Positions 28,790 through 38,167 are shown, counted from the stretch's first letter. The stretch: 38,454 nt of DNA from an uncultured Clostridia bacterium (GCA_946533615.1 CAMNBY010000320.1:1-38454); one strand, 5' to 3'. Numbers and translations are program-made. The notes: generated by a model from the letters alone, not told the origin.

Positions 28790-29836
28790 TTACGGAGCAG
28801 CAGTAGCACCTGTGCCACCTATTGCAGTATCCTGGAAAGTTACATCAACCAGATAGGTATCAAGAACCTCTGTGAGGTTATCAGATTTACAATTGGAATC
28901 TTCACCTTCGAACCAAAGATAAACGTATACCGGGGTACCTTCGTGGTTTGTAGCATCTCCGGTTACAGGAGCAATGGTTACCTCACCACCGATATTAACA
29001 GATGCAAATGCAGTTTCTCCAGTTTCACTTCTTGTAATTGTAGCAGCTTGCTTAGTAGTTCCTTTAGCATCTTTTGTAACGTCATACGATGTATCGCCAC
29101 CAAGAGGTGCAAAAATAGCATAGTTACTATCATTATACTTAACACCTACACGAAGCGACTTATCAAGATCCGTGCTTATCTTTTCGGTTTCAGTGTTCTT
29201 CTTAGTAACCTTTACTTTAGCCTGAAGTGCATTCTGAGCAATGCTTAACGTACTTTCACCTGATGATTTAAGATAGTAGGTATACTTTACATAGAATCCT
29301 TCGCCGTTATTATACTCACCTGCTGTACCGAAACTTGCATCTTTATAGAACACATTGGTTTCAGCCTTTGTATTGCCTGCAGCATCATTCGCAGCTACAA
29401 GGTCATACTTTGTCGCCTGTGTACCGCTGGCACTTTCGTCAATTACAATATATTTGTTGCCACTTGAATCAACATCAACGGTCTTTGTGGTGTTATCCAC
29501 ACCTGCTTCAATACTTGACTGCATCGAGTTAGCGTGCCACCAATTAGAAAGGTTATAAGTAGAAGCAGGTCTCAACGAAATAGCCTGATTAAGTTCAGTC
29601 TGACCACCTGTTGCCTCTTCGTCCCAGTGGGTGTCATTAGCGGCCTTAACTTCGTTGATGAGCAGGCCCTCTTCAGCGTGGGCCTTAACTTCCATACCGG
29701 TTACTTTAACTTCCTTATTCATTGTGAACCATGCGTAAGTCGCAGTGGAAAGCATTACTGCGGAGCAGGTCAGCATTGCAATTGCGGGGATAAGCTTTCT
29801 CTTAGCTGATTTGTTGTTAGTCTTTTTCATATCCAT
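28790..29836 (-). CDS. Secreted protein with SipW-dependent signal peptide (TasA/CalY-like fibre subunit candidate)
   Basis: KRKLIPAIAML..SAVMLSTATYAWFT signal; beta-rich mature part; start may be ATG 29830. Confidence 0.8.
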   Translation of the reverse strand: MDMKKTNNKSAKRKLIPAIAMLTCSAVMLSTATYAWFTMNKEVKVTGMEVKAHAEEGLLINEVKAANDTHWDEEATGGQTELNQAISLRPASTYNLSNWWHANSMQSSIEAGVDNTTKTVDVDSSGNKYIVIDESASGTQATKYDLVAANDAAGNTKAETNVFYKDASFGTAGEYNNGEGFYVKYTYYLKSSGESTLSIAQNALQAKVKVTKKNTETEKISTDLDKSLRVGVKYNDSNYAIFAPLGGDTSYDVTKDAKGTTKQAATITRSETGETAFASVNIGGEVTIAPVTGDATNHEGTPVYVYLWFEGEDSNCKSDNLTEVLDTYLVDVTFQDTAIGGTGATAAP

Positions 29837-29925
29837 TTTCCTTTCATAATTTATTTCGTATCCTACATGGCCGAGTGGCCGATCACTCTTTGGCCTATGC
29901 TTTACGATAGTAATTCTATGCTATT

Positions 29926-29954
29926 ATTATATACGATTTTCCTCGATTTGTCAA
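29926..29954 (-). promoter_or_regulatory. Consensus sigma-A promoter of TasA-like gene
   Basis: TTGACA-17bp-TATAAT on minus strand. Confidence 0.8.
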
Positions 29955-30134
29955 GGGAAAGCAGGCTGCGGGGATTAAGTTTAGAGGAAGTAACAAAATA
30001 GCTGCGACCGTTTTAAGCTAATTCACCAAATTAGTAGTCATTAAATTTAACATATACAAATATCAGCAAGGCTGTTTAAGTGTTTTTGTTGGATTTGTTT
30101 AAAAATTGGCTTAATTCATTATCTCTCCGGGGAC

Positions 30135-30169
30135 AAAACAGCCCCGCCGAAGTGCTGTCGGCGGGGCTG
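30135..30169 (-). terminator. Terminator of pilin-like gene
   Basis: CAGCCCCGCCGA / TCGGCGGGGCTG plus T4 on minus strand. Confidence 0.8.
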
Positions 30170-30184
30170 AGATCTCGGTGGAAA

Positions 30185-31363
30185 TTACTCCTTATCCTCT
30201 TTCCTCTTCTTGACCGTCAGGGTGATGATACCGCCCAGAACAGCTGCGCCTGCAACTGCGGGGCCTGCAACAGAGACCATAACGCCTGTGGGGACAACGC
30301 CCTTCTTCTCGTTGGTGTAGGTAACGGTGGTGTCGCCCTTGATGGTATCGGTGAACTCACCTGTGAGCTTATCATCAGCTTCCGTGGCTGTGCCGTCTGT
30401 GTCGTCGCCTGTAGGGACGATACTTTTAACGGTGTAATCCTCGAAGTTCTCTGTGATAGTGTACTCAGCGCCGTCGGGCAGACCCGTGATCTTGATGGAC
30501 TCGCCGTGCTGGAGCAGAACGGTCACGTTTGCTGTGCCGTCTGCGCCGCAAACGATGGCGTTCTCGCCCGAGGGGTTAGTACCGCTCACGGTGGTAGCAC
30601 CGTTTGTGTCTGCGGTGATCTCGGCGGTGGTGGCGTTGGTGGTGTCAACGTTCAGCTTTGTGCCGCTGCCTGCGTTTGAGATAGCAACGGTGAACGAGAA
30701 GTACTTATCCTTCGATGCCTGGTTGCCCTCGACGCTCTTTGCGATAGTCAGGTCGTGGGAGTTGTAGGTGTTTGTATAGCCTGTGGACTTCTCAAGCGCT
30801 GTTGGATTCTCGCTCTTTTCGGGGCTGTCCTCGCACCTGCCGTTTCTGAATGTGGTACCGGCGATCCCAAGCTTGCCTGTGCCGTCGTCCTGAACGTAAA
30901 CATCAAGGGTACGGACAGGTGTGGCATCGTTGGTAAATGCTGAATTCTCGGTAGCAGTCTCGGTGATGTAATAGCGGTAAACGCCGGGCTCTGAGAATTC
31001 AACGCCCGTAAAGCTAACGTTCACGGTCTTGGATTTCTCGGCGTCTCCTGCTGCAAATACCGCATCGGATACTGTGGGGAGCGCAGTGGTGGTGTAGATA
31101 GGCAGCGATGTTTCGGTGCCTGCCTTAGCTTCGGCCTGTGTTACGGTGAATTTGAACGTAACTGCGGGAACGTTCGCGTCTTCCTCGACTTCAAGAGCCT
31201 TTGTGAAATCGTAGGTGGTCTTATCCTCAAGCTTATAGGTGATAGCGGTATACTTATAGGGGGTGTGTGTTTCGGGCGCCTCTGATGCAAACGCAGACAG
31301 AGACATCATTCCTGCTGCGAGAGCAGCAGCAGCAAAGCCTGCAAGGAGTCTTCCCTTCTTCAT
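30185..31363 (-). CDS. Sortase-anchored pilin-like surface protein (Spy0128/T-antigen-like)
   Basis: Signal peptide, FSEPGVYRYYITE, LTIAKSVEGN, YTITE, YTN, C-terminal VPTG + TM + KKRK; ATG after GGAGG. Confidence 0.75.
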   Translation of the reverse strand: MKKGRLLAGFAAAALAAGMMSLSAFASEAPETHTPYKYTAITYKLEDKTTYDFTKALEVEEDANVPAVTFKFTVTQAEAKAGTETSLPIYTTTALPTVSDAVFAAGDAEKSKTVNVSFTGVEFSEPGVYRYYITETATENSAFTNDATPVRTLDVYVQDDGTGKLGIAGTTFRNGRCEDSPEKSENPTALEKSTGYTNTYNSHDLTIAKSVEGNQASKDKYFSFTVAISNAGSGTKLNVDTTNATTAEITADTNGATTVSGTNPSGENAIVCGADGTANVTVLLQHGESIKITGLPDGAEYTITENFEDYTVKSIVPTGDDTDGTATEADDKLTGEFTDTIKGDTTVTYTNEKKGVVPTGVMVSVAGPAVAGAAVLGGIITLTVKKRKEDKE

Positions 31364-31600
31364 AATATTACCTCCGTTTTGAAAGATGATACAACGGCGC
31401 TGCTTCCGCAGAAAAACACCGGTAGTTATACAATTTAATTTTAACACGCTGCAAGGCATTCGTCAAGCCCTTTTGCAAAAATAATTAACATTTTGTGTAT
31501 ATTCCGTTTCAATCGCCAAAACAAAGGGGGAATTTTTGTTAAAAATGATAACTCGTGTAAAAAGAAGCGGCCAAGGCCGCTTCCTGTTTTATAGTCGTTA

Positions 31601-33892
31601 TTACTTTCCGAAGGCAAAGGCCTCGAAATCCGCGAGGGGCATGGGTCTTGCGAAGTAATAGCCCTGGAAAAGGCGGCAGCCCATATCCGCAAGCTGGGTA
31701 TACTGCGATTCGGTCTCGACGCCCTCGGTGAGCGAGGCTATATCGAGCTCGTCCGAAAGGCGGATAATGTTCCTGACGATCGTCTTTGCCTTTTCCCTGC
31801 TGCCCGAGGAGGAGAGGAATTTCATGTCGATCTTCAGCACGTCTACCGGCATATCCTTGAGCAGGTTCAAGGAAGAAAAGCCGCTGCCGAAATCGTCCAT
31901 TTCTACAATGAAGCCTGCCGAGCGAAGCTCCGCAAGAGTCCTCATACGCTCTTCCTGATCGTTCATCATGATGCTCTCGGTGATCTCTATGCGCAGCTTG
32001 CGTGCCTCGAGGCCGTACTCTTTTATCAGCGCTTTCAGCTCGGCGGCAACGTCAAAGAAATAGAAATCCTTCGGCGAGATGTTCACGGAGATGAACAGGT
32101 CGTCATGGCTGCCCTTCCAGTCCGCAAGTATCTTGCAGGCACAGCGCCACATATGCTTGTCCACCTCGGAGATCATGCCGTTCTTCTCGAAGACGGGAAT
32201 GAACATGAACGGCGGCATGAAGCCCTGCTCCGGGTGTATCCAGCGAGCCAGCGCTTCGGCGCCGACTACCCTTCCGCTGCTGTCGGTGATCGGCTGGAGA
32301 TAGGGGCGGATCTGCATGGTGTCGATGGCCTCGCGCAGGGAGGCTGTTATGGTCTGATCCCAGAGCACCTTGTCGCGGAGCTTGTTGTCATAGTACGCGA
32401 TATGCGTGCCGTACTCGTCCCTGATCGTTGACAGCGCAAGGTGAGCCCTGTCGAACATAACAGAAACGTCGATGTCGCGCTCCGTTACCTCATACACGCC
32501 CAGCTGCACCAGCAGGTGGTGCTCCCTTATGCCGTCGGAGACCGTAAAGGCCGAAAGCTCGGGCTCGATCAGGTGCTTGTCCTCTTTGTATTTCTCGGAG
32601 GGCACGAAGATGCCGAAGGTGTCTCCTGCCAGCCTGCCGTAGACGCAGCGCTTATCCATATCCTTCTCTATCCAGCGAGCCAGCTGGCAAAGCGCCTTGT
32701 CGCCGAACTCAGAGCTGAAAATATCGTTTACCACCTTAAAATCCTTTACGTCCACAAAGACGGCGGTGTAAAGGGTGTCGGGGTTCTCGTCCACTACCTT
32801 CCTCACGGTGTCGTAGAAGTGCTGCTTGGTGTAAAGACCCGTCAGGCTGTCGTGGGTCGAGTTGTAAAGCTCGCGCCTGAGGCGCTGCTGCTCGTCGGTG
32901 TTGTCGCGGATAACGAGGAACGAGCCCGCAAAGTGCTTGCTGTCGGCGGAAACGTTATGGCTCTCGATGGTGAAATATCTTGCGTGTTCGCCGAAGCCGA
33001 CTATCCTTGTTTCGACCCAGTCGTCCCTGGAAAATTCCTTTTCGCCGAATATCGTCCTGAGCGAGCTGCTGACACGCTCAAGGTGTTCGAGGTCTGCGTG
33101 GGTCAGCTCGCGGGCGGGCTTGTTCAGCCAGATGCAGTTGCCCGCAGGATCATAAACAAAAAGCGCGTCGGGCAGGTCGGAAACTATATCCGAGAGCATT
33201 CTGTCAAGCAGCTTCATCGGCCTGTGCCTCAGCGAAAAATAGAACACCAGCACTCCGCACACGCCGTAGCCGATCATCGAGCGGTCAACAGGTGTCCGCG
33301 AGAAGACATAGAAGGTCTGCCACACGCCGACTGCTATCATCGAAGTGAGAATGACCGAGAATCTCTCGCGGTATATCTTGGCTGTTTTAAGCACCGCAAG
33401 GACGTAGATCAGGATAACGCAGAAGAAAACGAAATAGATCGTGATGCGGTGGATTATCTGTCCTGCATGGGGAACGACGGAATAATAGGGCTTGCCCTGG
33501 ACGTCCACGGGCTCGAGCCCGAAGGCGTGGCCGAAGAACGGGTTCAGCAGCATCTGAACGGCATCGGCGGCAAGCAAAACGTACATGATCGTAGGCCGCT
33601 GCTGGCCGTTGCCGATGCCGCGGCAGTACTCGTTTGTAAAGTTGACCAGCGCCGCGATAACAATATCCATGCCGATCAGATAGATATAATATCCCCAGAC
33701 GGCACGGCTCTCGACGCTTGAACCAAGGATAATGCAGTTGCCGAGCAGCGGCGGCAGCAGGGCGAATTCAAGCAGACCCACAGCCTTGCCTATGGGCTTC
33801 TTTGACCTCAGCGCCTGCACTGCACAGACCACGAGCAGCAACGCAAGGAAGGTCATTATTGCCGAAAAGGAGACGCGGATATTAAGACTCAT
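31601..33892 (-). CDS. Membrane (~7TM) PAS-GGDEF-EAL protein, likely c-di-GMP phosphodiesterase
   Basis: Degenerate AGDTF; intact EAL, EITE, DDFGSG, KID, EGVE, QG. Confidence 0.92.
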   Translation of the reverse strand: MSLNIRVSFSAIMTFLALLLVVCAVQALRSKKPIGKAVGLLEFALLPPLLGNCIILGSSVESRAVWGYYIYLIGMDIVIAALVNFTNEYCRGIGNGQQRPTIMYVLLAADAVQMLLNPFFGHAFGLEPVDVQGKPYYSVVPHAGQIIHRITIYFVFFCVILIYVLAVLKTAKIYRERFSVILTSMIAVGVWQTFYVFSRTPVDRSMIGYGVCGVLVFYFSLRHRPMKLLDRMLSDIVSDLPDALFVYDPAGNCIWLNKPARELTHADLEHLERVSSSLRTIFGEKEFSRDDWVETRIVGFGEHARYFTIESHNVSADSKHFAGSFLVIRDNTDEQQRLRRELYNSTHDSLTGLYTKQHFYDTVRKVVDENPDTLYTAVFVDVKDFKVVNDIFSSEFGDKALCQLARWIEKDMDKRCVYGRLAGDTFGIFVPSEKYKEDKHLIEPELSAFTVSDGIREHHLLVQLGVYEVTERDIDVSVMFDRAHLALSTIRDEYGTHIAYYDNKLRDKVLWDQTITASLREAIDTMQIRPYLQPITDSSGRVVGAEALARWIHPEQGFMPPFMFIPVFEKNGMISEVDKHMWRCACKILADWKGSHDDLFISVNISPKDFYFFDVAAELKALIKEYGLEARKLRIEITESIMMNDQEERMRTLAELRSAGFIVEMDDFGSGFSSLNLLKDMPVDVLKIDMKFLSSSGSREKAKTIVRNIIRLSDELDIASLTEGVETESQYTQLADMGCRLFQGYYFARPMPLADFEAFAFGK

Positions 33893-35228
33893 TCACCTCA
33901 CCGTCCCTTCTGCCCGAGCTTTTGAGGTCCTTCTTGTTCTGATACATCCTGCTGTCGGCAAGCTCGAAGACCTCGCTGACAGAGCTGTGAGCTGCAGGGT
34001 CATAGACAGCCATTCCCGAGGCGATAACAGGCTCCGTCTCGCTGCCCGAGTTTTTTGCGACCTGAGTGCGGAAGGCTTCGAGCAGCCTGCGCCGTTCGGA
34101 ATAATCGTTCTTTCTCAGCAGGACAGCGAACTCGTCGCCGCCGATGCGAAAAACGGTGCTGTTCGGGAAGCTGCCGCTGATAAGTGCTGCCGCCGCTTTA
34201 AGGTAGCTGTCGCCTGCCTTGTGGCCGCGCGTGTCGTTTATGGTCTTGAGGTTGTTCAGGTCACAGATGAGCAGGGCGAAGGGCTGGCAGATGCCGCCGT
34301 CGATCATCTCCTGAAGCTCGGACTCCGTGTCCTGATAGGCGTTTTTGTTCTTCATGCCCGTGAGCTCGTCGGTCATGGCCTTTTCAAAGGCTGTCCTGAA
34401 CTCGGTCTCGCGCCTGTGCTCCTCGTCGATGTCCTCAACGCCCACGATGATATGGCGGCGGTCGTTCGCCCACATCACGGACAGGCGCGTGTATCTGTAG
34501 GCATTGTTTATCAGAAGGCGGTATTCGAGAGTGAAATGCCGCTCCAGCTTCAGCCTTCTGAGTATGCGATGCTTCAGTATCTGGTCGAGCACGTCGTCCC
34601 TGTCTTCGGGATGCACATAGCGCGTGATGTTCCTGAAGGACTCCACAAAGAAATTATCGCCCTGCTTCGGTATGGCAAGCTGCTCGTACTGGTCGCCGGA
34701 GCTGAACTCGTTATACTTGTTGCTCTCGGAATCGACGTAATAGATCAGGTCGTAGCGCGAGGCAAGGCTCTGTGCGATCTGGTTGAAGACGAGCCTCTCG
34801 CTGCCGAGGCGTTCGGCCTCCTTGCGCATACGCATTTCCTTGTCCACGTTCCTGACGCCGATTATGAAATAGTTATCGTCGCCGCCGGTGCTCCGGATCA
34901 GCCGCAGCTCGTGATAGACGAATTTTCCGCCGAGGAATAGCCTGTAGGTATAGCTTTGCAGATCTCCGCTCACGGCTCCCCTCAGCAGATTCTCCTTCTG
35001 GATATCATGCTTGAAGATATGCCAGTCGTCGGGGTGGACGACTTTTTCGGCTTCGGTTATAAGGCCGCGGAAGAAATCCTTACCCTCGGTGTCCTTTTTC
35101 AGCGTGCGGAGCTCCGGATCCATGGAATAGGTGATGTAATCATTTGTCGCTCCGTCCACATAATATATATCGGAATAATCACAGAGCAGCGCCTCCGCGA
35201 TCGTATTGAATATCTTGTCATTATTCAA
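33882..35228 (-). CDS. PAS-PAS-GGDEF diguanylate cyclase
   Basis: Two VHPD/ED PAS repeats, DELTG, NDTRGH, RIGGDEF; TTG start after GGGAG. Confidence 0.92.
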   Translation of the reverse strand: MNNDKIFNTIAEALLCDYSDIYYVDGATNDYITYSMDPELRTLKKDTEGKDFFRGLITEAEKVVHPDDWHIFKHDIQKENLLRGAVSGDLQSYTYRLFLGGKFVYHELRLIRSTGGDDNYFIIGVRNVDKEMRMRKEAERLGSERLVFNQIAQSLASRYDLIYYVDSESNKYNEFSSGDQYEQLAIPKQGDNFFVESFRNITRYVHPEDRDDVLDQILKHRILRRLKLERHFTLEYRLLINNAYRYTRLSVMWANDRRHIIVGVEDIDEEHRRETEFRTAFEKAMTDELTGMKNKNAYQDTESELQEMIDGGICQPFALLICDLNNLKTINDTRGHKAGDSYLKAAAALISGSFPNSTVFRIGGDEFAVLLRKNDYSERRRLLEAFRTQVAKNSGSETEPVIASGMAVYDPAAHSSVSEVFELADSRMYQNKKDLKSSGRRDGEVNES

Positions 35229-35396
35229 GCAAAACACTCCCGATGTGCAAATTGTACAATTTTCCAATATATAGTATAACACATTTATTTCAGTTTTGCA
35301 AGAGCGCAGCAAAAAGCTTTACATTTGACATAAGATATGGTATAATTTATAATGTTGGAGTATTATCTCCGACAATAAAGAACAAAGGATCTTAAC

Positions 35397-36527
35397 ATGA
35401 ACCTACAGTCGATAATAATCACAAACTGCCTTGGCTTTGCAATGATGCTCGTGCTGCTGATAAGCAGCTACATCGTCAGGCGGCAGCGCCGGGACAAGGA
35501 CAAGGTACACACTGCGCTTATCCTGCTGACCGCATCGGGCTGCTTCACCGAGATGTACACTTATCTGGTTGACGGCAGGCACTTTGCGGGCGCAAGGCTT
35601 CTGAGCTACATAGGCAACACCTGGCTTTTCTTTGCAAATATCTCGGTGGCGTTTTTGTGGTGCATCTATACCGATCTCAGGCTCTACCAGAAGCCCGAGA
35701 GGATCAAGGAGGGTTTCCTAAAGCTCTCTGTGCCTGCGCTGGTGTTTTTTGCGCTGCTGCTGCTCAACCTGCCGCTGCATTTTGTTTTCAGCATCGACGC
35801 CGACAATGTCTATCACCGTGAGGCGGTGGGCTACGCCTTCTATCTGCCGACACTGGGCTATCTTTTCTACAGCCTTGTGCTGCGCGAGCGCTTTGTACGC
35901 AGGCACGGAAGGCTCGAGTTCTTCCCTATCTGGATGTTCCTGACGCCGATATTCATCGGAGCGACGGTGCAGGCCGTGATCTACGGCATATCCGTCGGCT
36001 GGTGTGCCACGGCTCTGGGTCTGATCGGAATGTATATGAGCGAGCAGAACGAGCTGAGCTACGTTGACCCTCTGACAAGGCTCTTCAACCGCAGCTATCT
36101 TGACCACAAGCTGCTGGAATACCGCCAGAACGGAAAACGCGCAGGCGGCCTTATGATAGACATCGACTCCTTCAAGGCGATCAACGACCGCTTCGGGCAC
36201 ACCGTCGGCGACAGGGCGCTGTCCGACACGGCGGGTATACTTTCAAGGGCTGTGCCTCCCGATGCGCTGTGCATCAGGTTCGCGGGCGACGAATTCGTTG
36301 TGCTCCGCAAGGACAGCAGCCTTGAAATGATGAACGAGATAAAGGAGGCCGTGCTGATCGAGCTTGATCGCTTCAACTCCGAGAATGAGCGGCCGTTCGC
36401 GCTCTCGCTCTCGATAGGAGCCGCCAGCAGCGACCTGACCGCCGACAGCAACGACACGTTCCTAAACGCTATGGACAAGAGGATGTACGAGATGAAGCGC
36501 CTCTCTCACGGAACGGAAGTGCGGTAA
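35397..36527 (+). CDS. Membrane GGDEF protein (AGDEF variant)
   Basis: Multiple TMs, DPLT.LFNR, DIDSFKAIND.FGH..GD, RFAGDEF. Confidence 0.92.
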   Translation: MNLQSIIITNCLGFAMMLVLLISSYIVRRQRRDKDKVHTALILLTASGCFTEMYTYLVDGRHFAGARLLSYIGNTWLFFANISVAFLWCIYTDLRLYQKPERIKEGFLKLSVPALVFFALLLLNLPLHFVFSIDADNVYHREAVGYAFYLPTLGYLFYSLVLRERFVRRHGRLEFFPIWMFLTPIFIGATVQAVIYGISVGWCATALGLIGMYMSEQNELSYVDPLTRLFNRSYLDHKLLEYRQNGKRAGGLMIDIDSFKAINDRFGHTVGDRALSDTAGILSRAVPPDALCIRFAGDEFVVLRKDSSLEMMNEIKEAVLIELDRFNSENERPFALSLSIGAASSDLTADSNDTFLNAMDKRMYEMKRLSHGTEVR

Positions 36528-36645
36528 AAACCTTCTGCCCTACCGCGCCGCGAAAAAACTATTGACTTATTTTTATTATTGTAGTATAATATATAGGTTA
36601 AAGTGCAACTGTTTGCCGAAGATACCGAAAGGAATGTTGAAAACT

Positions 36646-38037
36646 ATGCGCAAAGCAAGAAAGCTGGCTGCCCTGCTGGCGGGTGTGCTCATGGCCACCA
36701 CCGTGACGGGCTGCTCAAATACCAAATACGCCATGAAGGCCGACGGCGAGGAGATCAAGGCCGGCATCTACATCGGCTACCTTCAGGAAGAGCTGATAAA
36801 TCAGGTGAACACCCTCTACTATCAGGGCGTCACCGAGGATCCCCTCTCCCAGCAGGTAGAAGGCGAAGGGATGACGGTCTCGGAATACTCAAAGCAGCAG
36901 GCTATCCAGAAGACCAAGGAATATTACGCCGTTAAAAAGCAGTTCGAGGCCGAGGGCCTGAGCTTCACGGACGAGGAGATCGAGTCGATGAACTCCTACC
37001 TCAAGACCGCATGGGAGAGCTCCGGAGAGCTGCTTGAGGAGATCGGCGTCAGCAAGGATTCCTACAAGGAGATCTACCGCCATTATCTGCGCTACTCCTC
37101 GCTTTTCAGCCATTACTTCAGCGAGGGCGGCTCCAAGGCACCCTCCGAGGACGAGATGGTGACCTACATCAACGACAGCTACCTCAGATACAAGGTCATG
37201 TCTTTTTACAAGTCCTCGAGCGAGGACGAGGCCGCCAAGGAGACCGAGAACAAGGAAGCCGAGGAAAAGCGCGACCACTACTACGAGATAGGAAAGGAAA
37301 TGACCTTCGACGAGTTCGACCAGCTTATCGAGATGAAGCAGGACGACGACCAGGCAGAGGCCGATGCCGCGAGCGAAGCCGCCGATGAGAGCGCCGATGC
37401 CTCCGGTGACGAGAGCAGTTCAGCTGATGCCTCCGCTGACGAGAGCTCTGTAGACGAGAGCACTGCCGACGAAAGTTCCGTTGACGAGAGTTCGGTAGAC
37501 GAGAGTTCGATAGAAGAGAGCTCCGCTGATGAAAGCTCTGTAGACGAGAGCTCGGCAGACGAAAGCACTGCCGACGAGAGTTCCGCAGACGAGAGCACAG
37601 AGGACGAGAGCTCTGACACCGACAGCGAATCCGAAGAGGAAGCCGCCGAGGAGGATCCTTATGTGAACGAGACCATGACCAACTTCGGCGCCCTGAAGGA
37701 AGATGCTCTTGAGACCGACAGCGGAAAGCTCTACCAGTTCATTCATGACGCCGAGGCAAACAAGGTGCTCACATTCGAGAACGACACCGCCTACTACATC
37801 ATCATCAAGGGCGACGTTACCGAAAGATCCAAGGAGTATCTTGACGATAACCACACCACGGTCCTTAACGAGATGAAGGGCGACGAGTTTGACGGAATGA
37901 TAAAGGAATGGATCGAGGCCATCGACTTCTCAAACAACGAGAAGGCTCTGACCCGCTACTCTCCCGAAACTATCTACAAGAGGATCACAGACTTTAACGA
38001 GAAGAAGTCCAAGACCACCACAAAGGCTGCATCATAA
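36646..38037 (+). CDS. Acidic lipoprotein, possibly PrsA/SurA-like foldase scaffold with repeat insert
   Basis: Lipobox VTGC; helical N-domain resembling clostridial PrsA-like proteins (weak); DESS repeats. Confidence 0.6.
   Translation: MRKARKLAALLAGVLMATTVTGCSNTKYAMKADGEEIKAGIYIGYLQEELINQVNTLYYQGVTEDPLSQQVEGEGMTVSEYSKQQAIQKTKEYYAVKKQFEAEGLSFTDEEIESMNSYLKTAWESSGELLEEIGVSKDSYKEIYRHYLRYSSLFSHYFSEGGSKAPSEDEMVTYINDSYLRYKVMSFYKSSSEDEAAKETENKEAEEKRDHYYEIGKEMTFDEFDQLIEMKQDDDQAEADAASEAADESADASGDESSSADASADESSVDESTADESSVDESSVDESSIEESSADESSVDESSADESTADESSADESTEDESSDTDSESEEEAAEEDPYVNETMTNFGALKEDALETDSGKLYQFIHDAEANKVLTFENDTAYYIIIKGDVTERSKEYLDDNHTTVLNEMKGDEFDGMIKEWIEAIDFSNNEKALTRYSPETIYKRITDFNEKKSKTTTKAAS
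37438..37617 (+). repeat. About 12 tandem 15-bp coding repeats, (D/E)ES(S/T)x
   Basis: Period-15 GACGAGAG(C/T)-type units read directly. Confidence 0.9.
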
Positions 38038-38046
38038 AACAAAGAC

Positions 38047-38072
38047 AAGCGCCCCCTGCGGGCGCTTTTTTT
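38047..38072 (+). terminator. Rho-independent terminator
   Basis: AAGCGCCC / GGGCGCTT plus T tract. Confidence 0.8.
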
Positions 38073-38167
38073 GTGCCCTGAACGAAATAAAACTGTTGAC
38101 TAATGAAAGGTGATGTGCTATAATAATTTTATAAATGCGCATATTCTTGTTTTGGGGAGGCAGTGCT

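Noticed and set aside
29840-29925. c-di-GMP-I riboswitch before the TasA-like gene
   Set aside because: Only a GTAAAGCATAGGCC resemblance; GNRA-capped P2 stem and conserved flanks not found
8316-34940. Long antisense ORFs (e.g. 8316-9410, 13640-15058, 19343-20380, 22461-23690, 32441-33721, 33732-34940)
   Set aside because: Shadow frames opposite well-supported genes in GC-rich DNA; no motifs
37438-37617. Periodic repeats as a CRISPR array
   Set aside because: In-frame 15-bp coding units, no spacers, no cas genes
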